Source of the DNA: Bacilli bacterium
GTDB taxonomy: Bacteria; Bacillota_I; Bacilli_A; RFN20; CAG-826
DNA length: 64,000 nt
Direction of reading: 5' to 3'
NCBI GenBank assembly: GCA_036657515.1
Contig: JAVXGI010000001.1
Location: 3,821-67,820 of the forward strand
The position numbers were made by a program, and so were the translations under genes. A model generated the notes under the pieces. That model was given only the letters and a program-made list of their open reading frames with translations, did no database searches and was not told where the DNA came from. Each line of letters begins with the position of its first letter. Position 1 is the first letter of the stretch. Below are positions 10,405 through 18,681 of this stretch, one piece after another.

Positions 10405-10851
10405 ATGAAAAAATTAAGAGTTAACATTTGGAAAACTGAATTGTCTTTATTGCTACTTATGGTAGTTCTTTTCACTTTATTTTATTGTTCAATCGGTGAT
10501 ATTTTTAACTTCTTTGTAACTAAAAATTATATTATTATTGCTGCTTTCTCAAGTCTTACTATTCTTTTTACAGCTCTTGTTCCTTCAACCTTTAAACTAG
10601 AATATAATTCAACTGAATTTTATATGACAAGATTTGGTAAAACTAAAACATTTAAATTTTCAGAAGTATATTACATTGATGATATATATACAAAAAAGCA
10701 TAACGCCCTTACTTTTTATACTAACAAAGGAAAACTCTTATTTATCTCAAATGATCGCGATAAAACATTACTAGATATCTTCACTCAAAGCTGTAAAAAT
10801 ACCGTAACTCGTGAACAATTTCATTCAAAGTTTCCAAATATAAGCTTATAG
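10405..10851 (+). CDS. small membrane protein, function unknown
   Basis: 148 aa. Two N-terminal hydrophobic helices (LSLLLLMVVLFTLFY, IIIAAFSSLTILFTALV) followed by a soluble beta-rich tail. Divergent from the mks module. Confidence 0.55.
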   Translation: MKKLRVNIWKTELSLLLLMVVLFTLFYCSIGDIFNFFVTKNYIIIAAFSSLTILFTALVPSTFKLEYNSTEFYMTRFGKTKTFKFSEVYYIDDIYTKKHNALTFYTNKGKLLFISNDRDKTLLDIFTQSCKNTVTREQFHSKFPNISL

Positions 10852-10861
10852 TGAAAAAAAG

Positions 10862-10870
10862 TGTTATAAT
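10862..10870 (+). promoter_or_regulatory. extended -10 promoter element upstream of rpmB
   Basis: tgttataat matches TGnTATAAT, about 75 nt upstream of the rpmB ATG. No good -35 was seen. Confidence 0.4.
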
Positions 10871-10945
10871 TTTAATATTAAGTTGAATATTCGTTATATA
10901 TATGATATATTTATTAAGCATTTAATTGTATTTAGGAGGTAACAT

Positions 10946-11134
10946 ATGTCAAGAGTTTGTCCAATTACTGGAAAAGGCCCAATGAGCGGTAATAAGCGTT
11001 CTCATTCACTTCGTGCAACACGTCGTAAGTGGAATGTTAATTTACATACATACAAAGTTGAAGTTGATGGCGTAGAAATGTCTATTAAAATGTCCGCCAG
11101 AGCATATCGCACCTTACAAAAAACTAGTGATTAA
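10946..11134 (+). CDS. rpmB: 50S ribosomal protein L28
   Basis: 62 aa, MSRVCPITGKGPMSGNKRSHSLRATRRKWNVNL is the L28 signature. The strong RBS aggaggt lies 6 nt upstream. Confidence 0.95.
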   Translation: MSRVCPITGKGPMSGNKRSHSLRATRRKWNVNLHTYKVEVDGVEMSIKMSARAYRTLQKTSD

Positions 11135-11138
11135 ATTA

Positions 11139-11161
11139 AGGCTTCGCAAGAAGCTTTTTTT
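11139..11161 (+). terminator. rpmB terminator
   Basis: Short stem gcttc-gcaa-gaagc (11141-11154) followed by T7. Confidence 0.5.
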
Positions 11162-11197
11162 AATGCCTAAAACCAATATATTAGTTTAATTACAATA

Positions 11198-11229
11198 AAA
11201 AACCAGAATTTAATCTAAATTCTGGTTTT
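11198..11229. terminator. bidirectional hairpin terminator, mainly serving the minus-strand lipoprotein gene
   Basis: 13 bp perfect arms aaaaccagaattt / aaattctggtttt with a 5 nt loop, and T-runs in both orientations. It lies 20 nt past the stop at 11249. Confidence 0.7.
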
Positions 11230-11248
11230 ATTATTATTTTTTAAAAAA

Positions 11249-11956
11249 TTAAGCAGCAAATGTAAAGATAATTTTATTAACAATTACTCTAGTATTTTTT
11301 CCAACGCCGCTTTCTAATTTGATTGTGGTTGCAGCTTTAATATCAGCGTCTTCAAATGTAAATGCTTTTGATGGTTGAGGAGCAGCATCAACAGCTGCTG
11401 CTAATTCACAAGCTTTTGAATTAACAGTTAATGCAGAAGCGGCATCAATTGACCAACTAAGCACTCCTTGCTTATCATAACTTTTGTAATATCTTGTTGC
11501 AGTTACTTCTAATTTAGCAAGTTTAACGCCATCTGCAAAAGCAAATTCTAAACTTCCAGTGTTACTTCCTGTTCCTAATTTAATTGTTGTACTTTTAAAG
11601 TTTGTATAATCGCATGTTTGTGTACCAACTTTAGTTGGTGTAACACTTTTAATTTTTGTGGTTTTAACAAAATCAGTCATAAAATCAGCTCCTGATTCAT
11701 AATTAAAGTATGATCCAACTCCTGATTCTGCTGTGATCCTTGGATTTTCAGGTTGATCAAGAACCATTTCAACCACTTCTCCTTCTACGACTGGAGTAGT
11801 TGTAGTATCTGTTGTTGTAGTTGTTGTTGTTGTGTCTGATGTAGTAGTAGTTGTTGTTGTTGTAGGATCAGTTTTATCAGTTACTGATGTACTTGGTGTT
11901 CCGCATGATGCTAAAGTAAGTAGACTTAGTCCTAAAAGAATTGTAAATTTTTTCAT
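11249..11956 (-). CDS. lipoprotein with poly-threonine linker, function unknown
   Basis: 235 aa. Signal peptide plus lipobox LLTLASC-G. Then TDPTTTTTTTTSDTTTTTTTTDTTTTP, followed by a roughly 180 aa beta-rich domain. Confidence 0.75.
   Translation of the reverse strand: MKKFTILLGLSLLTLASCGTPSTSVTDKTDPTTTTTTTTSDTTTTTTTTDTTTTPVVEGEVVEMVLDQPENPRITAESGVGSYFNYESGADFMTDFVKTTKIKSVTPTKVGTQTCDYTNFKSTTIKLGTGSNTGSLEFAFADGVKLAKLEVTATRYYKSYDKQGVLSWSIDAASALTVNSKACELAAAVDAAPQPSKAFTFEDADIKAATTIKLESGVGKNTRVIVNKIIFTFAA
11795..11863 (-). repeat. low-complexity ACN-codon (poly-Thr) tract
   Basis: Plus strand shows runs of gtt/gta/tgt triplets (gttgttgttgtt). They encode T8-SD-T8-D-T4. Confidence 0.8.
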
Positions 11957-12029
11957 AAATTTTCTCCCTTTGATATTTTACCACAAAAAAAGATTTATGC
12001 ACTAAAAAAAGGGCATAATCAATAAATTG

Positions 12030-12716
12030 TTAAAGTATAAGACAAAATATAAAGGAAATTAGAACTATAACGAAAATAATACTAATAAAAATCATTAACC
12101 ATTCATCAAATGCTAAAACAAAAAACTTTGGTCTCACATATTCTTCTTTTTCATTCTTTTCTAATATAAACCATTTATAGGTTTTAGGATTAAAAATAAT
12201 GATGAATATACCAATATCTAAACAAATTGTTAAGATTAAAATTGTTAAATATAAAGCAGTGTCAAATGAATAAAACTGCATCATAGTCATCGTTAAACCG
12301 AGTAAAAATATATTAATTGCTGAAAATAATGAAATAAGTTGTGCACAGTAAACATATAAATAAGTTTTAATCGATGTTGTCTTTAAAAAGAATAAAATAG
12401 CCTTACTCACGCCGTTTGCAATTAAAAACAAAGTTGCAACCAAAATATAAACAAACATTAATTCATCCATTATTCCACTAAATAAAACAATAAACAAAAT
12501 AGCTACAGGAAAAATAGCGGCGATAACATATGTATAACGAAGCATATAACTATATTTACCTTCGTTATCGGTAATTTCATAAGAAAAATTTCTTCTAAAA
12601 GAATATTTTTCTTTTGAAATACTATTAAAATTAATTTTTGAGAACACAAGATTAAAAATGTTAAGCAATATAAATATAACTAAAAAAGCAATAATTACAT
12701 ATAAAATAGGCTGCAT
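12030..12716 (-). CDS. polytopic membrane protein, function unknown
   Basis: 228 aa with about 6 hydrophobic helices. Overlaps the rpe 3' end by 22 nt. Confidence 0.6.
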   Translation of the reverse strand: MQPILYVIIAFLVIFILLNIFNLVFSKINFNSISKEKYSFRRNFSYEITDNEGKYSYMLRYTYVIAAIFPVAILFIVLFSGIMDELMFVYILVATLFLIANGVSKAILFFLKTTSIKTYLYVYCAQLISLFSAINIFLLGLTMTMMQFYSFDTALYLTILILTICLDIGIFIIIFNPKTYKWFILEKNEKEEYVRPKFFVLAFDEWLMIFISIIFVIVLISFIFCLIL

Positions 12717-13366
12717 ATTCTTTTAGTATTCCTTTTTACATTTCCATTAAAAATATAAGATCCTAAAACGATAATATCTGCTCCAGCATTAACAACTAAA
12801 GGTGCTGTTTCTTCATTAATTCCACCATCAACTTCAATTAAAACTTTAAGATTTGTTCTATCTATTTCTTTTCTTAAAGCTGTGATTTTTGCGATGGAAT
12901 TTTTATTAAACTTTTGACCACCAAATCCTGGTTCCACAGACATAATTAAAACCATGTCAATAAATGGCAAAAAATCAAAGATATCATCGACCGGGGTCAA
13001 AGGTTTAATAGAAATTCCGACCTTTACTCCTTCGTTTTTGATGTTAGCAATTAACTTTAAAATTGCTTCTTTATCTTTAAAAGCTTCATAATGAAATGTA
13101 ATCGAATCTGCTCCATTAGCAGCAAATTGATGATAATATTTTTGTGGTTCATTGATCATTAAATGAACATCCATAAATAATTTAGTACATGGTTTAATAG
13201 AAGCTAAAATTGCAGAACCAAAAGAGATATTTGGTACAAAATGTCCATCCATTACATCGTAATGTAAGTATTTTGCTCCACCTTTTTCGGTGTTTTTAAT
13301 ATCTTTTTCTAAATGTTTGAAATCTGCACTAAGGATTGAAGGTGCAATAATTACATTAGTGTTCAT
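12695..13366 (-). CDS. rpe: ribulose-phosphate 3-epimerase
   Basis: IAPSILSADFKHLEKDIK, HYDVMDGHFVPNISFG, MSVEPGFGGQKF and VDGGIN are classic Rpe motifs. Confidence 0.93.
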   Translation of the reverse strand: MNTNVIIAPSILSADFKHLEKDIKNTEKGGAKYLHYDVMDGHFVPNISFGSAILASIKPCTKLFMDVHLMINEPQKYYHQFAANGADSITFHYEAFKDKEAILKLIANIKNEGVKVGISIKPLTPVDDIFDFLPFIDMVLIMSVEPGFGGQKFNKNSIAKITALRKEIDRTNLKVLIEVDGGINEETAPLVVNAGADIIVLGSYIFNGNVKRNTKRICSLFYM

Positions 13367-14210
13367 TTTTATTCTCCATTAAATCGACATAAATATTATA
13401 CCATTCTATTGGAATAATTTCCATTTTAACATCTTTTTTTACGCTACATTCTGGTTCGTTAATATGTTTACAATCATCAAACTTACAAGAGTTTCTATAT
13501 CTTTCAATTAAAGGAAAATTTGTTCTTATATCAGAAATATTCATTTCTAAATCAAGAGATGAGAATCCCGGAGTATCAACTAAAAATGTATTATCATTAA
13601 TTGGCAGTAATATAGTTTCCTTCGTTCGATGTTTTCCACGATTTAAAAATATTGAATATTCACCAATTAATCGATTAAAAAAAGGCTCTATCATATTAAT
13701 TAGTGTAGATTTTCCTGCACCAGTTTGTCCAAAAAACAAGCTTGTTTTACCATCTAAAAGTTCTTTTATTTGGGCAATCGAGGAAGCATCATTACTTGCT
13801 GTTACAATGCATCTAATTTCAGCATTTCTAAGTTCGGCGATAAAATCATCAATTTTAGTATTCTTTTTGATGTCATTTTTAGTAAAAATGACAATCGGTT
13901 GAATTTGATTAAACTTAACATAAGTTATATATTTTAGAACTAAATATTTTGAAAACTCTGGTTCTTCAATTGAATTTACAATAAATGCTTGGTCAACGTT
14001 TGCAATACATGGACGAGTAAACTCGTTGTTTCTTTTCACAATATCAACAATTACTAAACTTTCATCATCGAACACGACATAATCTCCAACTTTAATGTTC
14101 TTTGAAGAAATTCTAAAAGAACCTCTTAAAGAGCAATTATAAAAAGCTCCGTTTTTATAAACTTTAAAATTACTAGCGATATTTGAAGTCACTCTTCCAC
14201 TTTCAATCAT
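13356..14210 (-). CDS. rsgA: ribosome small-subunit biogenesis GTPase RsgA
   Basis: Circularly permuted GTPase: TKNDI (G4) lies before GQTGAGKSTLIN (G1). C-terminal zinc knuckle CKFDDCKHINEPEC. Confidence 0.9.
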   Translation of the reverse strand: MIESGRVTSNIASNFKVYKNGAFYNCSLRGSFRISSKNIKVGDYVVFDDESLVIVDIVKRNNEFTRPCIANVDQAFIVNSIEEPEFSKYLVLKYITYVKFNQIQPIVIFTKNDIKKNTKIDDFIAELRNAEIRCIVTASNDASSIAQIKELLDGKTSLFFGQTGAGKSTLINMIEPFFNRLIGEYSIFLNRGKHRTKETILLPINDNTFLVDTPGFSSLDLEMNISDIRTNFPLIERYRNSCKFDDCKHINEPECSVKKDVKMEIIPIEWYNIYVDLMENKNEH

Positions 14211-15094
14211 TTTCCTTTTAATCCTAACAAACGTTCAAACCAATTTTGGCTACGTAACATTTTTTTATTTTTAAGCATTTCATTAATATCAAGTCTCATC
14301 TCAGCAGCGGTATTATAACGTTTCTTTGGATCTTTTTCTGTTGCTTTTTTAATTACTTCTTCAATAGCAACGGGAATATTTGCTCGAAAACTTGAAAGTA
14401 AAGGCATTGATTTATGAATTTGCATTTGGCAAATTTCATGAGGATCTTTTGAATTAAATGGAACATTTCCGGCAATTAATTCAAAAAAAGTAATTCCTAA
14501 AGCATAGATATCTTGTTGAAAACTAGGTTTACCTGAAACAATAACAGCTGGATCAAGATATTGTGGAGTTCCAACAATTTTCTTTTTTTCGCTGATAGCG
14601 TTTTTTTCATTTAAGAAAAGAGAAATACCAAAATCTGCAACCTTTACGATATTATTTGATAATAAATAAATATTTTGCGGCTTAATATCTCGATGGACAA
14701 TCCCACGTAAATGTAATTCTTCTAAAGCATCAAGAACTTGAACAACGACTGAACAAGCTTCTTCATAACCTAGCGTTCTTCTACCATAAAGTACGTCACT
14801 TAATGTTTGACCATTAATATATTCCGTAATCATATATGGAGAATTTTCAAATTTTCCAAAATCAAGAATTTTTACGATATTAAAATGATTTTGAACAGAA
14901 GCAGCAATTCTAATTTCATATTTAAATCTTTGATACATTTCTTCCGATTTGTTTTTATCTTCACGAACAATTTTAATTGCAACATCATTTTTATCAATAC
15001 TATCAAAAGCTTTATATACATCAGCCATCCCACCTCGTCCGATATAACGTTCAAGGCGATAACGACCATTAAATAATGTACCAATCTCAATCAT
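14207..15094 (-). CDS. prkC: Hanks-type Ser/Thr protein kinase, kinase domain only
   Basis: The start was moved to the internal ATG (MIEIGTLFNGRYRLERYIGRGGMADVYKA), which overlaps the prpC stop by 8 nt. Contains HRDIKPQN, DFG and GTPQYLDP. No TM segment or PASTA repeats after the kinase domain. Confidence 0.88.
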   Translation of the reverse strand: MIEIGTLFNGRYRLERYIGRGGMADVYKAFDSIDKNDVAIKIVREDKNKSEEMYQRFKYEIRIAASVQNHFNIVKILDFGKFENSPYMITEYINGQTLSDVLYGRRTLGYEEACSVVVQVLDALEELHLRGIVHRDIKPQNIYLLSNNIVKVADFGISLFLNEKNAISEKKKIVGTPQYLDPAVIVSGKPSFQQDIYALGITFFELIAGNVPFNSKDPHEICQMQIHKSMPLLSSFRANIPVAIEEVIKKATEKDPKKRYNTAAEMRLDINEMLKNKKMLRSQNWFERLLGLKGK

Positions 15095-15833
15095 CTTTGC
15101 TCTCCCGCAAAACAGTCGCGATATTATCGCTTCCGCCATTGGAATTAGCAAAAGCAATCAAAGATTCGCATTTTATATCGACCGCTTCATTACTTTTTAA
15201 AACACTTAATATGTCGTTTTCTTCGAGATTTTTATATAATCCATCTGAACAAAGTAAAATATTCTGACCTTTATTTTTAAATGTTTTAAAAGATAATGAA
15301 ACGGTTGGAAAAATTCCAATGGCGTTAGTTAAAACGTGACGTTTTGGATGAGTTTCCATTTCTTCTTTCGTAATACTTCCGTTTTTATATAGATAATCAA
15401 CATAGGTTTGGTCTTCACTAACTTGTTCCATTTTATTTTTCGAATAAAAATAGCATCTACTATCTCCAGCATAACCAACGATTATAGAATCATTTACTAA
15501 AAGAGCAAGAATACAAGTTGTTCCCATATCTTTATAGTCTTGGTCTTGGGCATTTTTAAATATCTCACGATTAGCTTTTTTTGCCACCGACATAATCCAT
15601 TGAATAGCGGTATAGTTCGTAAAAAAATGAGTTTTATTTAAAAATGCGTCCTTAAAATGTTCGATCACAACGCGTGATGCGAAATCTCCCTTTTTATATC
15701 CACCCATCCCATCGCAGACAATTAACAAGACATCGCCATTCGAGTTAATAAGAGCAGTAGCATTATCCTCGTTTGAAACTCTTATCTTGCCAAGGTCAAG
15801 TCGATAGGCATACTCGCCTATTCTTTTTTTCAT
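15087..15833 (-). CDS. prpC: PP2C-family Ser/Thr phosphatase
   Basis: VSNEDN, CDGMGGYKKG, LLCSDGLY and GGSDNIAT motifs, located upstream of prkC. Confidence 0.9.
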   Translation of the reverse strand: MKKRIGEYAYRLDLGKIRVSNEDNATALINSNGDVLLIVCDGMGGYKKGDFASRVVIEHFKDAFLNKTHFFTNYTAIQWIMSVAKKANREIFKNAQDQDYKDMGTTCILALLVNDSIIVGYAGDSRCYFYSKNKMEQVSEDQTYVDYLYKNGSITKEEMETHPKRHVLTNAIGIFPTVSLSFKTFKNKGQNILLCSDGLYKNLEENDILSVLKSNEAVDIKCESLIAFANSNGGSDNIATVLRESKDD

Positions 15834-16879
15834 AATTTATTTAAATCTTTTGCACGAAGTTGTCCACAAGCAGCATCAATATCACTACCGAATTCTTTTC
15901 TAATCGTCGTATTAACGTTATTTCTCATCAAATAATCAAAAAATGAATGAACTCTATTTCCTGATGATCTTTTATATCTATTTTCAATAACAGCGTTATA
16001 AGGGATTAAATTTATATAAGCAAATGTTCCTTTTACTAGTTCTTTTAAATCATATGCATCATCAAGTGAGTCATTAACATTTTCAAGTAATATATATTCA
16101 AATGTTACTCTTCTACCTGCAGTTTTTTCATAATATTTAACAGCATCCATTAATTCTGCTAATGGATATTTATGATTAATAGTCATTATTTGATCACGTA
16201 CCTTGTCAGTTGATGCATGAAGTGAAATAGCTAAGTTAGTTTGTAGTCCTTCTTCAGCATATTTTCTTATTTTATCAGGAATTCCACACGTTGAAACTGT
16301 AATATGACGAGCACCAATTTGTAAAGCAAATGGACAATTAATAATTCTAATAAAATCCATTACAACATCATAATTATCAAATGGCTCTCCTGTTCCCATC
16401 ACCACAACGTGGCTTACTCTTTCTCCGTTTCCTTCTTCTTCTAATATTTGATTTAACACAAGAACTTGACCAACCATCTCTTCAACAGTTAAATCTCTTT
16501 GTTTCTTTAATAATCCTGATGCGCAAAAAGTGCAACCCATATTACATCCAACTTGACTAGAAACACAAGCTGAGTTTCCATAAGAATAACGCATTAAAAC
16601 AGTTTCAATTTTTGCGCCGTCAGAAAGCTCTAAAAGAAGTTTAAGTGTTCCGTCACTACTTGACTGCTTGGTATAAATTTTTGGCAAATCCATACAAAAA
16701 TCATTTTTAAATATTTCCCTTACTAAAAGGGAAATATCGCTCATTTCATCAAAATTATAAACTTTTTTCTCATATATCCGTTTATATAATTGTTTAGCAC
16801 GAAATGTTTTTTGAGCGTACTCATTAACCATTATTTTTTCTAGTTTACTTAATTCTATTCCTAATAAATTTCTTTTCAT
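15830..16879 (-). CDS. rlmN: 23S rRNA/tRNA adenine-C2 methyltransferase RlmN (radical SAM)
   Basis: FRAKQLYKRIY N-terminus, radical SAM cluster CNMGCTFC, C-terminal DIDAACGQL. Confidence 0.92.
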   Translation of the reverse strand: MKRNLLGIELSKLEKIMVNEYAQKTFRAKQLYKRIYEKKVYNFDEMSDISLLVREIFKNDFCMDLPKIYTKQSSSDGTLKLLLELSDGAKIETVLMRYSYGNSACVSSQVGCNMGCTFCASGLLKKQRDLTVEEMVGQVLVLNQILEEEGNGERVSHVVVMGTGEPFDNYDVVMDFIRIINCPFALQIGARHITVSTCGIPDKIRKYAEEGLQTNLAISLHASTDKVRDQIMTINHKYPLAELMDAVKYYEKTAGRRVTFEYILLENVNDSLDDAYDLKELVKGTFAYINLIPYNAVIENRYKRSSGNRVHSFFDYLMRNNVNTTIRKEFGSDIDAACGQLRAKDLNKL

Positions 16880-18156
16880 TATTTTATCCTTGTTAGTTTA
16901 GCGAAATAACCGATCATCTTTGAAGTGGCTGGCAAGAAAGTTTTCTCACTATCTAATACAAAAGAATTATTATTGTCTAAAAATTCTTGGATAAGTAATT
17001 CGTTTTCTTTTTTATTTAACGTTTGAGTAATATAGACCATATCTCCACCAATAGCGACAAACTTTGAACAATTGTCTAAATCTTTCTTTTCTTGTTCGAT
17101 AATAGAAGAAAGTGTAGATTGATCAAAATTTATAAAATATTCTGGAGAACCTTGAATATAGTTAAAATTACTTGATTTTGCATATAAAATCACAATATTA
17201 GCATTTTTTGAAACTTGAGCTTCAAGAACGTCTGTTGTGCATTCTCCAACATAGATGTTTGAAAATCCTTTTGATTTGATACGTTTAACATTTTCAGTAA
17301 CTTTATTTGAAAATTGAAATGAATTAGTCATAATTGAAATGCGATTGTTATCTCTAAATTTATTTAAAAGATCGAGATAAATATTTGGTTTGTCATAAAA
17401 ATACAAAACAATTGAATCAGCATAACTTTGATCTAAATTTTCAACAACTTCGTTATCAAGTAAATTGGTAACATATATTTTAGAGAATACGTTATCATTT
17501 ATTTTTTTAAGATTATCTTTTCCAATATATTCATAAACATCTTTAACATCAGGAAGTGGCTTATAAAGTGTGGCATCAAGTTTAAAGTTTGAATCAGTTA
17601 ATACATCATTTTTCTTAATATAACGTGGTGCTTTTACTGAAACATTTTTAATTATCTTATATGATAAGTTTTTGCCATATTGTTTTGCCCACATTCTGAT
17701 AATCCAATCTGGAATATTAAATCTGATTGAAAAATATTGCATTAATGATTTAGAGCGAAACTCGGTTTCAAGAATATCAAACGGCTTTTTTTCACCAAAA
17801 TATTCAATAATGGATTTTGCTGATTCTAATTGTTCAATACTTTCAGCATATATTAAAAACTCACTAATTATTAAGGATTTTTCACCTAATTTATGTGAAA
17901 AATATAAGTCACTATAAGTTAAAGCGGCGGCTGCAAAAATTCTATTATCAGCTTCTTTAAAATAAAGATTAAAAACATTTCTAAATAAGTAATAGTGTCT
18001 GATTGTTGCGCCTAAAACAGTTGAAATTATCAACTTTTCATCATGAGTAGATACTTTTTGAGGTAAAACACGATTAATTATTTCGAAAAGATCTTCTTTT
18101 CCTATAATTACTTGATTAAATAGTTCAACTAATAGTGGGTAGTTTGTTTTGTTCAT
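16879..18156 (-). CDS. RsmB/Sun-like protein with degenerate methyltransferase motifs
   Basis: 425 aa in the syntenic rsmB slot. It has a NusB-like N-terminus and the PDWIIRMWAKQYG element. The positions of motifs I, IV and VI read LYFYDKPNIY, ILYAKSS and YITQT instead of DxCAAPGGKT, DAPCS and TCS. Confidence 0.6.
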   Translation of the reverse strand: MNKTNYPLLVELFNQVIIGKEDLFEIINRVLPQKVSTHDEKLIISTVLGATIRHYYLFRNVFNLYFKEADNRIFAAAALTYSDLYFSHKLGEKSLIISEFLIYAESIEQLESAKSIIEYFGEKKPFDILETEFRSKSLMQYFSIRFNIPDWIIRMWAKQYGKNLSYKIIKNVSVKAPRYIKKNDVLTDSNFKLDATLYKPLPDVKDVYEYIGKDNLKKINDNVFSKIYVTNLLDNEVVENLDQSYADSIVLYFYDKPNIYLDLLNKFRDNNRISIMTNSFQFSNKVTENVKRIKSKGFSNIYVGECTTDVLEAQVSKNANIVILYAKSSNFNYIQGSPEYFINFDQSTLSSIIEQEKKDLDNCSKFVAIGGDMVYITQTLNKKENELLIQEFLDNNNSFVLDSEKTFLPATSKMIGYFAKLTRIK

Positions 18157-18157
18157 A

Positions 18158-18616
18158 TTATTTTAGTTTATCTCCAAGGTTTTCAAAGACGTTGCCTGTA
18201 TAAATTTCTTCTATTTCTTCATCTTTCTCTTCGTCATCAAACTCATCTTCTTCTATATTAACTGTATTATTAACAGCCATATAACGTGGATATTCTTCAT
18301 TAAAGAAAACGTGTCTTTCTTCAGTTAAATAATAGTTAAACAAAACAATTACATTGATAGCAATGTGTTGAAGATATCTTGCAACACATTCAGCTATTTG
18401 ATTTTCTAATACTTTTATTTTACGTGGTGCTTCAACATATGCCGTAACATACCGCGTATTTTGTTCAACTCCATTATGAACCACTAGTCCTTCAGGAGCA
18501 TAAAAATTTACTTCATCTGAATCAACTTCACATAAATTTGCTAATTCATCAGTCATTTCTTTTGAAATTTGTGTTAATGAATATGGATCAATACCAACGA
18601 TCTTTACTGTAATCAT
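18158..18616 (-). CDS. DUF1904-like (tautomerase-fold) protein with acidic tail
   Basis: 152 aa. MITVKIVGIDPYSLTQISKEMTDELANLCEVDSDEVNF resembles my recollection of DUF1904. C-terminal EEDEFDDEEKDEEIEE tract. Confidence 0.45.
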   Translation of the reverse strand: MITVKIVGIDPYSLTQISKEMTDELANLCEVDSDEVNFYAPEGLVVHNGVEQNTRYVTAYVEAPRKIKVLENQIAECVARYLQHIAINVIVLFNYYLTEERHVFFNEEYPRYMAVNNTVNIEEDEFDDEEKDEEIEEIYTGNVFENLGDKLK

Positions 18617-18681
18617 ACTTTACCTCTTAATCCCTATTATTTTATAATAAAAACCCGAATAATTAAAGCCTTTTATTGTAG

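Noticed and set aside
11795-11863. The poly-Thr tract as a slipped-strand phase-variation (on/off) switch.
   Set aside because: The repeat unit is a triplet and the codons are mixed (ACA/ACT/ACC). Slippage would change the length in frame but would not switch expression.
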